Virus record (IMG/VR): IMGVR_UViG_3300003310_000099
Coordinates: 266,295 to 330,294 of that record
Length of the DNA stretch: 64,000 nucleotides
Direction: 5' to 3' (one strand)
From: a virus
Taxonomy: Duplodnaviria > Heunggongvirae > Uroviricota > Caudoviricetes
Below, piece after piece: positions 1-11,314 of this stretch (position 1 is the stretch's first letter; every line of letters starts with the position of its first letter). The notes under the pieces were generated by a model that was not told the origin of the DNA, ran no database searches, and saw nothing but the letters and a program-made list of their open reading frames with translations. The translations under genes were made by a program, and so were the position numbers.

Positions 1-1
1 A

Positions 2-457
2 AGTTGTTCTTAATCTGTCTTCTTCGGCAGCATATTCTTGTAATTTAGCTGTAAGCCATGCTCTGTTGGCTATCATAGCGTCTCGAATATGCTCTGGTCT
101 GAGTAAGTTTTCAATTACTTCTTGGACCATATTGAATGAGTCGTGGGCGCGGGCACAACGGTCTTTTAATTTGAGGCAACCAACATCCTGATCCCTTAAT
201 TTATCGTTTTCCTCTTCATAAGTGGTGAATTGGTGTCTTATCATCTTGACAAATTCAGTGCCATTGAAGGGACGTGGGGTGAATCTATTGGCGGCATGAC
301 CAGCTTGCATAGAGTCATAGATGCCCTTGGCCAATATGTCTTTTTTCTCCTGGGGCAATGCGTGAATTAGACCAGTAGTATATAAAGAATTCCACAATGG
401 GTATGCAGACCTGTATTTTAATGCACCCTCATTTAACAACCACTCTTTGAAGTTCAT
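2..457 (-). CDS. Partial hypothetical protein starting MNFKEWLLNE (possible virion internal protein); runs off the left edge
   Basis: Open frame read manually from CAT at 455-457; N-terminal FKEWL..E peptide; CTAAATA-AAGC-ATG upstream on the minus strand. Confidence 0.7.
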   Translation of the reverse strand, partial: MNFKEWLLNEGALKYRSAYPLWNSLYTTGLIHALPQEKKDILAKGIYDSMQAGHAANRFTPRPFNGTEFVKMIRHQFTTYEEENDKLRDQDVGCLKLKDRCARAHDSFNMVQEVIENLLRPEHIRDAMIANRAWLTAKLQEYAAEEDRLRTT

Positions 458-484
458 GCTTTATTTAGTGGGCAAGGATTAAAA

Positions 485-1003
485 ATGATTAAGCCTATCC
501 ATGCAAAAAAGCATTATAAACCCGATTTGGGTGATTTAGTCTGGGATTTCGATGGCGATAAAGTATCCAGATACTTGGTCGATGAAGAGGGTCCAGGCAC
601 CGATAAAATCATTCCTCTTGCTTGCGCTCATCCTAATCCTTTGGTTGCGTGCAAGATGTTTGACATTGATATTGCACCAATTAAGCTGCAATATGAGTGT
701 CCTTATACCAAATACGCTCATTTTTCTTTACTTCCTACTGCGTTGCTTATCAATGGTGACGTGCAGGTGTATAAGAATGTCCAGCACCATTCCCCCGATT
801 ACCTTTTAGATTGGGAATGGCATAAGCAAATGTATCCGAAAGACTTACTAGGTCTTTCTCAAATTCAAAAGATTATGCTGGGTAGTGGGTATACAAACAT
901 GACCCATTTTAATGATGGCAGCGGGAGTATTGTGGCTCGCAGAGTCATGCTTGATAATGGGGATGCGTTACTGGTTCATTTCCATGAATGGTACAATAAG
1001 TAA
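485..1003 (+). CDS. Hypothetical protein
   Basis: 172-aa ORF with AAGGA upstream; first of a tightly packed + strand run. Confidence 0.7.
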   Translation: MIKPIHAKKHYKPDLGDLVWDFDGDKVSRYLVDEEGPGTDKIIPLACAHPNPLVACKMFDIDIAPIKLQYECPYTKYAHFSLLPTALLINGDVQVYKNVQHHSPDYLLDWEWHKQMYPKDLLGLSQIQKIMLGSGYTNMTHFNDGSGSIVARRVMLDNGDALLVHFHEWYNK

Positions 1004-1278
1004 GGAGATTAAATGTTAATTCTCAACAGTACCAGAAAGCCCCGTGAACGGTATCGTATTGTTAATGGCGGCATGGGCTATTACAAAGACCCACAGGATA
1101 GCCCAAATTACAAATACCATATCGCCATTGGTATCGACCGTGGCAATGGCTACCAAGGCTCAATGTCAATTGAATATTTTCTCAAAGAGGAAAAGCCACC
1201 TTTACTCGCAAGAGTGAATTTGATAAAATTTCTTAAAGCCGAAGGGTATGAATCCTGGCTCAAAAGAAAGGGAATCAA

Positions 1279-1557
1279 ATGTTAGGTTGTTTACTTACTT
1301 TAGTCGCAATTATCTGTCCTAGAATTCTTATGATCTTTATTTTGCTTGCCACTAATTGGTTTAGCAGAGCTTATGATACATTTATCTGGCCATTCCTTGG
1401 CTTTATGTTCATGCCTTACACCACTTTAGCGTATATGGCAGCTATGCTTAACAACAATCATAGCGTTGATGGCTGGTGGGTTGTATTATTAGTATTCGCT
1501 ATTTTTAGTGATCTTACTACTGGTGGTTACGAAGTAAACAAAAGGACAAACAAATGA
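1279..1557 (+). CDS. Small membrane protein
   Basis: Three hydrophobic segments in 92 aa. Confidence 0.65.
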   Translation: MLGCLLTLVAIICPRILMIFILLATNWFSRAYDTFIWPFLGFMFMPYTTLAYMAAMLNNNHSVDGWWVVLLVFAIFSDLTTGGYEVNKRTNK

Positions 1558-4500
1558 ACGCAACTCCTGAGTTTTGGACACCGCAAGAGCTTACAGACAA
1601 AGAACTTAACGACATTTGTTCATGGCTTATGGCCTGGCAACGTGCATGTGTCAGTAGTGATTGTTTGGCTAGTGACTTCACTGAGGATGGGCAACTTTTG
1701 CCGAGTCAGAAACTTGACCCTAATTTCAAGACTGCAATGAATCATGTGCAGTCTTTAATACGGCACATCAGGGCTAAAAAGCTTAGCTGTACCGAGTAAA
1801 CAAAGGAGCCAAAAAATGACTGATGAAATTTTCCTGGTTTACGAAAATGCGGATTCTACCGAAGGTAGAGGTCCAATGATTATTGTCTCTGATTCTGGGT
1901 TCTTTCTTAGTGAGAAAGAAGCCTGGGATTTTGCCGATACTGTTCCTGGTATTATGGGGCAAAAACCGCCAAGCGGTAGCTGGCGTAAAGAACAGTATCC
2001 TGATGTTGAAGTGCGGAAATTCCTCCGACATAATTGCGACAAAGCCAAACAAAAAGTCAGTTTGCAGAAGCAGATTGCAGACCTACAACGCCAACTGAAA
2101 GCGATTTCCTAATATGTTAAGAAATGACGGCAAATACGAAATCTTCATCCTTGAAGCCAAAAAGGATAATGATTGGTTTCGTATTAGTTTTGATGGTGGA
2201 TTTAAGTACGGCAAGCGTTGGTACGCAGACGGCAGTGGTAAGGAATATGAACCTTACGAGAGTTTTAGTGCCAGTGGTAAGTGTTGGCAAGAGACTGGAG
2301 TACATGGCACTTACGATGTAGAACAGGCAATTAAACTTTACTTTATCCTCATGGAAAACAATCCTGATTATATGTTCAGGGTGGTTAAGAAGACTATTTG
2401 GCAGGATAGTGAAGTTTTATGGTGTGGCAAGAAATTTCACGGAACAGCGTGTCGAGCGACAGATGGGTAAAGGAATATAAGTGAAAACCGCATTTGCAAT
2501 TGTTCGTATTGACCATTTCCTTGGCGATGTGCCATTGGCAAATAAAATTACCGTGAAGGAAATCTTATTTGATTGGGCTAAGGCTGAGGAAGAAGTGCGA
2601 AGACTAAACCAATTAAATCATGACAAGGGCTGCGAGTATTTTGCTCAGCATACAAGACTTGAATCCGCAGCTTTACAAAACGAGAAATCGTAGTAGAATA
2701 GGAGGAGCGATGAAACTTTTCTTGTACGATGAGAAGCATCAGCAAGTACACAGTCATCTTGACCTTGGGCCGCTTAGCGAGCGGGAAATTGAGTTGCTGG
2801 ATCAAGTCACTGTATGGCTTGAGCGTGAAGGTATCTTCAACAGGTATCATAGCATAACTGTTGCAGAATCCTACAAGCAAACCTATGAAGATGGTGAATC
2901 CCAAATCGAATTTGAGGGGTAAACATGCCACAGTTAGTTGCAGACCTGGATAATCTACAAATTCAGTGGAGTTATTCAGAACGCAAGCGGGTAGCCGACC
3001 TACTTGTTTGGAATCCTGAAATGACAGAGATTATTAAAACTGTCAGGATTCCAAACAAGGTGGCGGAAATCTTGGCTGAACACGGCATGAACTCTGGAAG
3101 TTAGGGGAGAATTAAATGGCTGCTAAGAAGGATTTGTACGCAAAGGGCGAGTCTTACAAGTATCCGAGTTATTTCGGTTCCCATGCCAGCATGGTTGACG
3201 AAGAACTCACGGCTGCTCTGCAAAAGGTAATTGCAGGTGAGACTCCCGACCTGAAAGAAGATCAGCTTGCCGTTATTAACAAGTTGATTAAGCAACCAGC
3301 AGATGACCTTGTTGTTCTCCGTGACGAACACAAGGAACCTTATTCCACAAGCCGCAAGGTTTTGGATAATGGCATGGCAGACCCGAATCGCTATGCTCAA
3401 AACCGTGTGGAATATCTCTGCGCAGGCTCAGTCAAGAAGGAACAATGAAAACTCAGCCTCAATTGTTTGGTAATGACCCGCCAAACAAACTTGTTGGAAC
3501 AATAGCACCACAACCGCCTAAACCTCCCCAAACTCGACGGGAGGTAAAGGTGGGTTGTGGTTGCTTGAAATTAATTGTTATTACCGTAATAGCATTCCTA
3601 ATTTGGTATATGCTTAAAGGGTAATAACAATTAATTCATTTATACAAATATAAGAACCGTGGTAATAAGGGACACCCTTCCCTATAACCGCGCCTATACG
3701 CGAGGCAATAATGCACGGAATTATTTGTTATTGGCGTTATGTGAAGACAAAGAACAATTACGATAAGCAATGGGTGTTGGCAGAATCATTTGCCATTGAT
3801 CTTGATGGTCGTCCGCTCACAATTCCCTCAACTGGTGGTGGTGATCGTGTTGAATGGGATAAGTGGATGAATAAAAAGGTATATGCTAATAAGGAAGCAA
3901 AAGCAGAAGACGATTACGATTGGGAACCAATCATGGGTCGTGCTGTCACAATTTGCACCCTGGAGTCTGGTGTGAGGCTACTTGACATTCATCCGCCTGA
4001 ATGGTCGGATTGGCTATCTATTTCTTTTTATGAAGAATTGTGTAAGTCCGACAAATGGGTTAAGATGCTGGAACGTGGTTTTGATATGTATTTAGGCACT
4101 GCCAAAGAAGCTCGTAAGTATTGGATCAGCAAATGAAAAGATCGCTTCAAAACGGTAAATGGTTTGAATTAAAGTCTGAGGAAGAACATAAGCAATTGAA
4201 GGCTTATGGGTCTATTACGCCAAAAGACTATGGTTTTGCCAATGTTCAAATTGGTAAATATAATGGTCCTGGCAAATACATGCTCTTGCAATATAACCAG
4301 CGTTGTCCGCGTAACTGTTGTTATGATGATGTGAACGAATTATTGACAGTAGCAGATGTTGCTAAAGAAGCTAAGCAAGAAATGCTTAACTATGCCAAGA
4401 TTGCTCATGAAGCACAACCTATGAAGGTTTGTTTAATTCAAAAAGTAATTGAACATGATTGGGAACCTAATTTAGATTATAAAGTCCCATTTGCCGTCAG

Positions 4501-4877
4501 TCTGGATTCTGACCAAGCAGACCGTATTGTTGAGCAGTTGGACTATCGCTATTCTCATGTAGAGATTGACTTGCTGTTGGATTAGCTTAGCTGTACCGAG
4601 TAAGCCATGAATTGGACAAAAGAACTACCTACTGATGCAGGCTGGTACTGGAACCGCAAGAACAAGTACAAGAAGGAAAACATCTACTACGTCTGGATTT
4701 CTCTTGAAGAATCCTTGTTTAAGGACGTAAACGTATTACACTGTCGTCGTTCTGGTGAGTCACTTTTTGACAAAGAGCGTGTAGAATCTATCGGTGGCGA
4801 GTGGTACGGTCCAATCAAGGCACCCGAATAGCTTAGCTGTACCGAGTCAACTGTTCCTTTCAACAATCGGGGGTCAA

Positions 4878-5969
4878 ATGAAAACTCGCAGCAAGACGGT
4901 TGAATTGGTTAAGGAAGGTCATTTCGACAAAACTACGTTGAGTGGGCAGCTAGAGCGGATCATCAAAAAGGGCATTAGTCCCACGTTGCATAAGCAAGGG
5001 TGGACGTTCGTTCCGCCTGAGTTTATTGACAACATGAATATGACTATTGCCAAGATTCGTCTTTTGAAGAAGATGAAGCGTGAGCGTGAAGGCTCTGATG
5101 AAGTCTTTGCGCGTCAATCCGAAGAAGTTTTGCAGCGAATGGCAGTATTCTGTCGTGAATCCAACTGGTCCTTTAAGGACGCAGCAATTGAGAATAAGGT
5201 TTGTCCGAAACAGAATTTTGATTTCCCAATGCCCGAAGAAATCAAGCCTTATTTCGGGCACATTTATGATCGTGATGCGCATATTCGCCTGATTTATAGC
5301 TCTTTGAAGGCTGCTCAGGCGAGCGTGTTTGAACAACGCAATCATTGCCTCTTGTGGGGCAAGCCTGGATGTGGTAAAACCGAAACTGTTTTGAGTTTCG
5401 AGAAGATGGTAGGTGCCCAAAATGTAATCAAATTGGACGCTACTTCCACTACCAAGGCAGGTGCAGAGAATCTATTGCTGGAGTTGGACGTAGTACCGCC
5501 AATTCTTCTGATTGAAGAGTTGGAGAAGTGCAACCCATTGAATTTGCCGTGGTTGCTGGGCATCCTAGACCAACGTGGCGAGATTATTAAGACTAATGCA
5601 CGCATCGGCAGTCAGCGGAAGTCTGCTAAGTGTCTTTGCATTGCAACGGTTAATAATCTCCATGAATTGACGAATATGATGAGCGGTGCCTTGGCGTCCC
5701 GTTTCCAACATAAGATTTATTTTCCACGTCCCAATCGGGCGATTTTGGAAAAGATTCTTTTGCGGGAAATTGTCAAGGTGAAGGGCAATGAAGCGTGGAT
5801 CAAGCCGATTCTGGATTATGTTCTGGAAATCGAAAAGGTGAATGATCCACGTCGGGCTATCTCTTTGCTGGATGGCCGCGAGAAGTGGCTGACGAACGAG
5901 TACAAGGACGATTTGATGGCGGTGCGTGAAGCAATGCACACTGACAATGTAGAGTTGCCAGATAACTAA
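4878..5969 (+). CDS. AAA+ ATPase
   Basis: Walker A GKPGCGKT, Walker B LLIEE, sensor ATVN, arginine finger ALASRF; start reassigned to ATG 4878 after GGGGG. Confidence 0.85.
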   Translation: MKTRSKTVELVKEGHFDKTTLSGQLERIIKKGISPTLHKQGWTFVPPEFIDNMNMTIAKIRLLKKMKREREGSDEVFARQSEEVLQRMAVFCRESNWSFKDAAIENKVCPKQNFDFPMPEEIKPYFGHIYDRDAHIRLIYSSLKAAQASVFEQRNHCLLWGKPGCGKTETVLSFEKMVGAQNVIKLDATSTTKAGAENLLLELDVVPPILLIEELEKCNPLNLPWLLGILDQRGEIIKTNARIGSQRKSAKCLCIATVNNLHELTNMMSGALASRFQHKIYFPRPNRAILEKILLREIVKVKGNEAWIKPILDYVLEIEKVNDPRRAISLLDGREKWLTNEYKDDLMAVREAMHTDNVELPDN

Positions 5970-5980
5970 GGAGAAAATTT

Positions 5981-6424
5981 ATGTTGGATTTCAAGGGTTT
6001 GAACAAGGCACAGGTGTTAGCGGCTCTTTACAATGCTTCCCGTCCTTTGGGTATGGGTTTTATGCACTATAACCCTACCCCGATGACCGAAGAGGAAGCT
6101 CAAAAGGAATTAGAACGCACCACCTATTTTGATTATCTTAATGGGCGTGTGATGAAGCTGAATTTGGGCAAGGATCAGGTTGACCCTTGGCTGTATGACC
6201 GTGACAATGGGGAAGGGGCTGCTCAGCGTGCCATTGATGCTGCCGCAGCAGGCAATAAGGCTGCAATCATGGCCGCACATGTGCAAGGGGTCAAGGAAGC
6301 TGCTGGCGCTGCATTAGACTCGATGAATACTCCAATGAGTATCGAGGGGCATGTTATTAACATGACCCTGAATGACGTAAAGGATGAACTTGGTCCCAAG
6401 GTGGCTAAGGCTTTGGAGAATTAA
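5981..6424 (+). CDS. Hypothetical phage protein
   Basis: 147-aa ORF with AAGGAG RBS. Confidence 0.75.
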   Translation: MLDFKGLNKAQVLAALYNASRPLGMGFMHYNPTPMTEEEAQKELERTTYFDYLNGRVMKLNLGKDQVDPWLYDRDNGEGAAQRAIDAAAAGNKAAIMAAHVQGVKEAAGAALDSMNTPMSIEGHVINMTLNDVKDELGPKVAKALEN

Positions 6425-6431
6425 AGGAAAT

Positions 6432-6600
6432 AAGCGAAGCCAACATACCGAGACGCGATGGCTAAGCGTGTAGGTCGTTGGTAGCGGGATTCATGCGTAG
6501 GACATAACCTGTTGGCCTTGCATGAGTATAGACAATTGCTTCAATCCGAAACTGTCAACAGAGACTTCGGAGAACAAGAAGCTACCGCTGATAAACGCTT
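6432..6600 (+). ncRNA. Candidate structured non-coding RNA
   Basis: ORF-free gap with nested complementary pairs AAGCG/CGCTT, GGTAGC/GCTACC, TTCATGC/GCATGAG, TCCGAA/TTCGGA. Confidence 0.4.
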
Positions 6601-8483
6601 CTTCTTTACCTTAGCTGTACCAAGTCAAACATGAACAACCTCATCAGCGTTGAAGACATTAAGAAAATCTTAGTAGACAATTATGTTGTCTATGTTAAGT
6701 ATGTTCGCATTGGTGAAACCTATCGGTTCGCCCTTGATGCTGATTGGTTTACTCCAAAACATTCTCAGATGGTCAAGGCTGGTGAGACTGCCAAAAGTGC
6801 AGGTGGTTTCAAACTTTATCGTGATCGGCTTGAATGGGAAGTAACCTATTCACAAACTCTACATCTTGGCACTGCACCAGATGACGAAAAAAATCTGTGT
6901 GAACTATTCTACAATTAAGGAATCAAATGCTGCACGAATCTAAAGAGATTACGCGGGATGAAGCACGATATTTGCTTTTAACTCACCTTGCCAGTCTGGT
7001 GGATTATTGGGAGAATGAGAGTCGTGCAACCGAGTCCAAGAAGAAGTTGGAAGGCTTGCTTTTTAGCGTTTTGTCAGCTTTAGATGGTTGCTCTTGTGGT
7101 CTGCCAGGTTTCATGCTGATTCCGAGTCTGCACGAAAGCGATAAGGAATACGCAATTGAAAACCATTATGATTACTACCCGCATTTGGATAAGCTGCCAG
7201 AGGGCACTTATGACATTGGCGGTAGTCTTCACGAACAAATTCATAAATATCTGGACGGCTCGGTTGAGCGACCCAAGAATCTCCGCACGTTCAACGAGTA
7301 TGTAAACTACTGTCCCGTCCAACTAAGAGAGATGTGGTGGGATACCTTAGCTGTACCAAGTGGTGAAACTGACCAACAAACCCAGGAGAACTAAAATGAA
7401 GGAAATGGCTGGTTGTCTGACGGTAATTTTTGGTATGATCGGTGCAGTGATCGTTCTGGCAGTCCTTATGGCTCTGCCAACGATGTGGTTGTGGAACGCC
7501 ATCGTTCCCGATATCACCAAGAATGCCGTCACGGAATTGACCTTTTTGCAGGCTCTTGGTCTGAACTTCCTCTGTGGAATTCTGTTCAAGAGCAGCGGTG
7601 TCAGTGCCTCCAAGAGCGAGTAAACATGGACACCCCTGAATTCCTTAAAGTATTATTCAAAATATACTGCGAGGAATGCAAACAAAACCATGAACGGTAT
7701 GAATTTTGCGAGTGTCATGCTTGTATTATGAAGCATGGCACTCGTATTTCTACCTATCCACCACTTTACAAATGCGATAAATGTGGTAAAATGAATTGGT
7801 GGGAACCAAATGAAAATGAATGAAATCATCGAAGATTATATCAAGGGCATAGAGAATGTCCGTCGTCAAGCGGGTTATAATGCCGCAATTTGCGAAGAAG
7901 ATACCATGTATGGCGGTCAAACCCTTGATGAAGAAATCAAATTAGCAAAGGAAAGGCTTGAACGTGCAAAAGCTGACCTACAAGTGGAGCAAAAGGGAGA
8001 ATGATTTCATTATCAATTTCCCCCGTAAATGCGATGGTCATTTAGTTCATAGTTTCTTTGCTGGACATATCAATGGCAAAGAATTTATGGAAGAATTAGA
8101 GAAGCGTGGCTATGACCTCAAAACCCTCAAATTTGAAGTGAAGGAAAAGGAACCATGCAAGGATACTTAGGCGAAACCGAACTCAAGTCCACAGATGGCA
8201 CCCCATACCAAGGCTTTGGGCCTACCGAATGGGCAATGAAGTACATTGAATTCTATGGACAGATTGACGGTGGGCACCATAAGCAATGGGTTTTAGATCA
8301 AGTCGCTCGTATCCTCAAAGGTACTCCAGTTGAATTGTCCTTGGCTAAGTGGGACAACGGACAACAAGAATACCGTTTCAATACTGGTGAACCTTCAAAA
8401 GAGTACCTGAGTTGGGTTGAGGAAATGCGTTGTCCTGACGAAGACGGCAATGCCGAATATGAGTATGATGAGGGCTGCGCACC

Positions 8484-9209
8484 TTGAAGCTTTATATCTC
8501 TGCCCCATTTGGTAATTATTATAGCCACCCTGACGCTATCAGTGTATTAGGAACATATACACATGAACACAGGGCTGGTTTCATTAAGAAATGGTGGCGA
8601 GTATTAAAGACCCTTCGCCCCTATCCTGGTGGCTGGATCAATAAACTAGGATTACCCAATCCTGGTATTCATGCTGCACCTAAACCGACTGAAAATACTG
8701 TAATCAGTCTGCACGCTTTTGATAAGGATGAGTGGTTTAGGGTACAGTATATTGCTTATCAATATCTTGGTTGGCGCGAGGTAGAATTAAATCTATCTTG
8801 TCCTAATGTTGCAGCATCAACTATAGATGAAGCTGTTTACGCTGCACGGTCGGCCATTCTGTTTGGAATGGATGTAACCGCTAAGTTAGGTCCAGTTAAG
8901 CCAATGCAGTTTGTAAGACCTTTATCTGAGGCTGGTGTCACTAAATTTCATTTATGCAACACGATTCCAACGCCTAATGGTGGGATTAGTGGTGCAGGAT
9001 TAAAGCCATTTAGTCTGTGGGCTGTAGAAGAAGTTCGCAAGTATTATCCTTGGGCACATATTATCGGCGGTGGTGGCATCAATAATGAGCAAGACGTTAA
9101 AGATTACATTAACGCTGGGGCTAATGATGTTGCAATCGCTGGCGCACTATTGAATCCATTTACAGCAAGAAAAAAGATTGCTAATCTGGTGGAGTGTCTA
9201 AAACCTTAG
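8484..9209 (+). CDS. pyrD: Dihydroorotate dehydrogenase-like FMN TIM-barrel protein (compact)
   Basis: Motifs INKLGLPNPG, ELNLSCPN, CNTI, GGISG, IIGGGGI, AGA. Confidence 0.75.
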   Translation: MKLYISAPFGNYYSHPDAISVLGTYTHEHRAGFIKKWWRVLKTLRPYPGGWINKLGLPNPGIHAAPKPTENTVISLHAFDKDEWFRVQYIAYQYLGWREVELNLSCPNVAASTIDEAVYAARSAILFGMDVTAKLGPVKPMQFVRPLSEAGVTKFHLCNTIPTPNGGISGAGLKPFSLWAVEEVRKYYPWAHIIGGGGINNEQDVKDYINAGANDVAIAGALLNPFTARKKIANLVECLKP

Positions 9210-9225
9210 CTGTACCGATGAAGTT

Positions 9226-9897
9226 ATGTTCAACCGAGCTAAGCGACTTCTGAACCTGAAAGATTATGCGAATCATATCTCACCCATTGATTGTGGTGAG
9301 ATTAACTTGCAGCCGCCATACGTTAGGCAGTATGTTCTGCGGATGATGGTTCGAGGGCTGTATGGTTCCCAGATTGTTCTCCCTGATTCGCTACTCTGGT
9401 TGAAGGATACGATTGAGTATTGCGACGGTATTCAGAAGAAGCATGGCATCCATCATCAATTCATTTACATTACAGTCCGTCATGGGCTTGTAACCAGTAC
9501 GAATGATGATACTTGGCATGTCGATGGTTTCTCAATGCGATACGAACATCTGCCAGAACAAAACTACATTTATTCCAATGTATCTGGCACTGAGATTCTA
9601 AGGCAAGGATTCGATATCCCTGATGACTTTGATCCTGAAAAGCATCATATTCATCAGTATTTTCAAGACCATGCGAAGGGCGAATCATACGCTCTGCCTG
9701 TCAATAGGCTGTTCGTAATTGATCCTTATATCGTCCATCGTAGGCCAAATGTCAGTGGCCAAAGAACTTTTGTAAGGATTTCCTTCGTCCCAATCGAAAT
9801 TGAGGACGATACTTGTGAAAAGAATCCCTTAATGCCTTCACGAACCTATAACCGTGAAGACGTTAGAAAAACTCTGCGGAGGTACGGATATGACTAA
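9226..9897 (+). CDS. Possible 2OG-Fe(II) dioxygenase-fold protein
   Basis: WHVDG, distal H and R-T-F-V-R pattern; leaderless ATG 21 nt after motif 9205. Confidence 0.45.
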   Translation: MFNRAKRLLNLKDYANHISPIDCGEINLQPPYVRQYVLRMMVRGLYGSQIVLPDSLLWLKDTIEYCDGIQKKHGIHHQFIYITVRHGLVTSTNDDTWHVDGFSMRYEHLPEQNYIYSNVSGTEILRQGFDIPDDFDPEKHHIHQYFQDHAKGESYALPVNRLFVIDPYIVHRRPNVSGQRTFVRISFVPIEIEDDTCEKNPLMPSRTYNREDVRKTLRRYGYD

Positions 9898-10747
9898 GAT
9901 GCAAATTAAGCAGGCCAAAGCACTTGCGGCTCAGATTGAGAGGAAAAAGGAAGAAATCGCAAAGAATCGTGATGAATTGCGCAACATGCTTGCAGACCTT
10001 GAAGAACTTATTTGTAGTCTCGATAGCGGTATTGAAGAAATTGAAAATGGCTTGTCTTGTCTTGAAAATGGCTTGGATCATATTAGCGGGCTGCTCTAAT
10101 GAAGATTAGAAAGAGCTTCCTCAAGGAAGTAGAGCGGTTTGATAGCTGCAATAGGAATCCTAGCAGTCCGCAACGCACCGAATTAGGTATAGAACAGTTT
10201 TATGAGTGGGAATCTCATGGTAAGATGCCAGAGAAGCCCGACCCATATTTTACCCATTTACTTGATGGCAAAGCATGGTGGGAATGGACTCTTAATGAAA
10301 TTGCCAAAACCTATTTGACTGAGAATTGGTTTGGCTGGTATCAATATGCCAAAGATTTCATTGATGACCCCAAAGGCTTTCACCAGTTGAGACAAAGAAC
10401 GTATCAAGAACCAATCGACCCCGTTGACTTCATTTTGAAGATTGACAAGGATTTAACTTTAGAAGAGAAAAGGTACTACTGGCAAGGAATTCCCACCTTG
10501 CTCAAAACATTATGAAAAAATCAAAGAAAATGTATTGGATGGCATTTATTGCTGGTTTAGCCAATCTACCATTTGTATTTATGACAAGTCCAGAGAATCT
10601 TAGGAATCTCTGGTTTACTGTTCCAATGGTTGTCATGCTGTTCACTATGTTTGGTTTGGCTGTCCATGCGATGCGGCTTGAGGGCGAAGGCCGATAGCTT
10701 AGCTGTACCGAGTGGTTTGTAACCAACAACCCAAACGGAGAACAAAT

Positions 10748-11314
10748 ATGAGCCGTGAAATTAGCAATTCCGATGACGTGATTGATAGCCGCGACGTAAT
10801 TGCCCGTATTGAGGAACTTGAGAGCGATTTTGAATCCGCTCATGATTCCGATGTACTTTCACGCATCGAAGCTCTTGAGGAAGAACTCAAGACAGCACAT
10901 GAAATGGAACTCGAAGATGCTAAGGGTGTCGAGGGCATCTTTGTTGAACCTGATTTCGACAAGTGGCTTGAAAGCAACGATGATCCCAACGCGATTGAAT
11001 TGACTGAACTCAAGGCAGTTGCTGATTTCGACACTTGGCTTGAACAGAATGAGGATGATGACGCACAGGAGTTGAAGGCTCTGCGTGCCTTGGCAGATGA
11101 AGCGGAAGGCTATGCAGACGATTGGAAGCATGGTGCGACCCTCATTCGGGAGACTTATTTCGAGGAATACTGTGAGGATTACATTAGCGACATTGGCGAT
11201 TTGCCCAAGGAAATTCCTAATTATATCGTGATTGATTGGGCAGCGACTGCTAGTAATCTCCGTGTGGATTACTCCGAAGTTGATTACGATGGTGTGTCCT
11301 ATTTGGTGAGGTAA
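10748..11314 (+). CDS. Highly acidic ArdA-like antirestriction or DNA-mimic candidate
   Basis: Very D/E-rich; C-terminal EIPNYIVIDWAATASNL resembles the ArdA C-terminal YID.E...RDL region. Confidence 0.5.
   Translation: MSREISNSDDVIDSRDVIARIEELESDFESAHDSDVLSRIEALEEELKTAHEMELEDAKGVEGIFVEPDFDKWLESNDDPNAIELTELKAVADFDTWLEQNEDDDAQELKALRALADEAEGYADDWKHGATLIRETYFEEYCEDYISDIGDLPKEIPNYIVIDWAATASNLRVDYSEVDYDGVSYLVR

Noticed and set aside
4794-4877. Extended N-termini in the ORF track (e.g. 4794, 10712, 40085, 43175, 46711, 53925)
   Set aside because: They cross the motif or upstream genes; downstream ATGs with an RBS are better starts.
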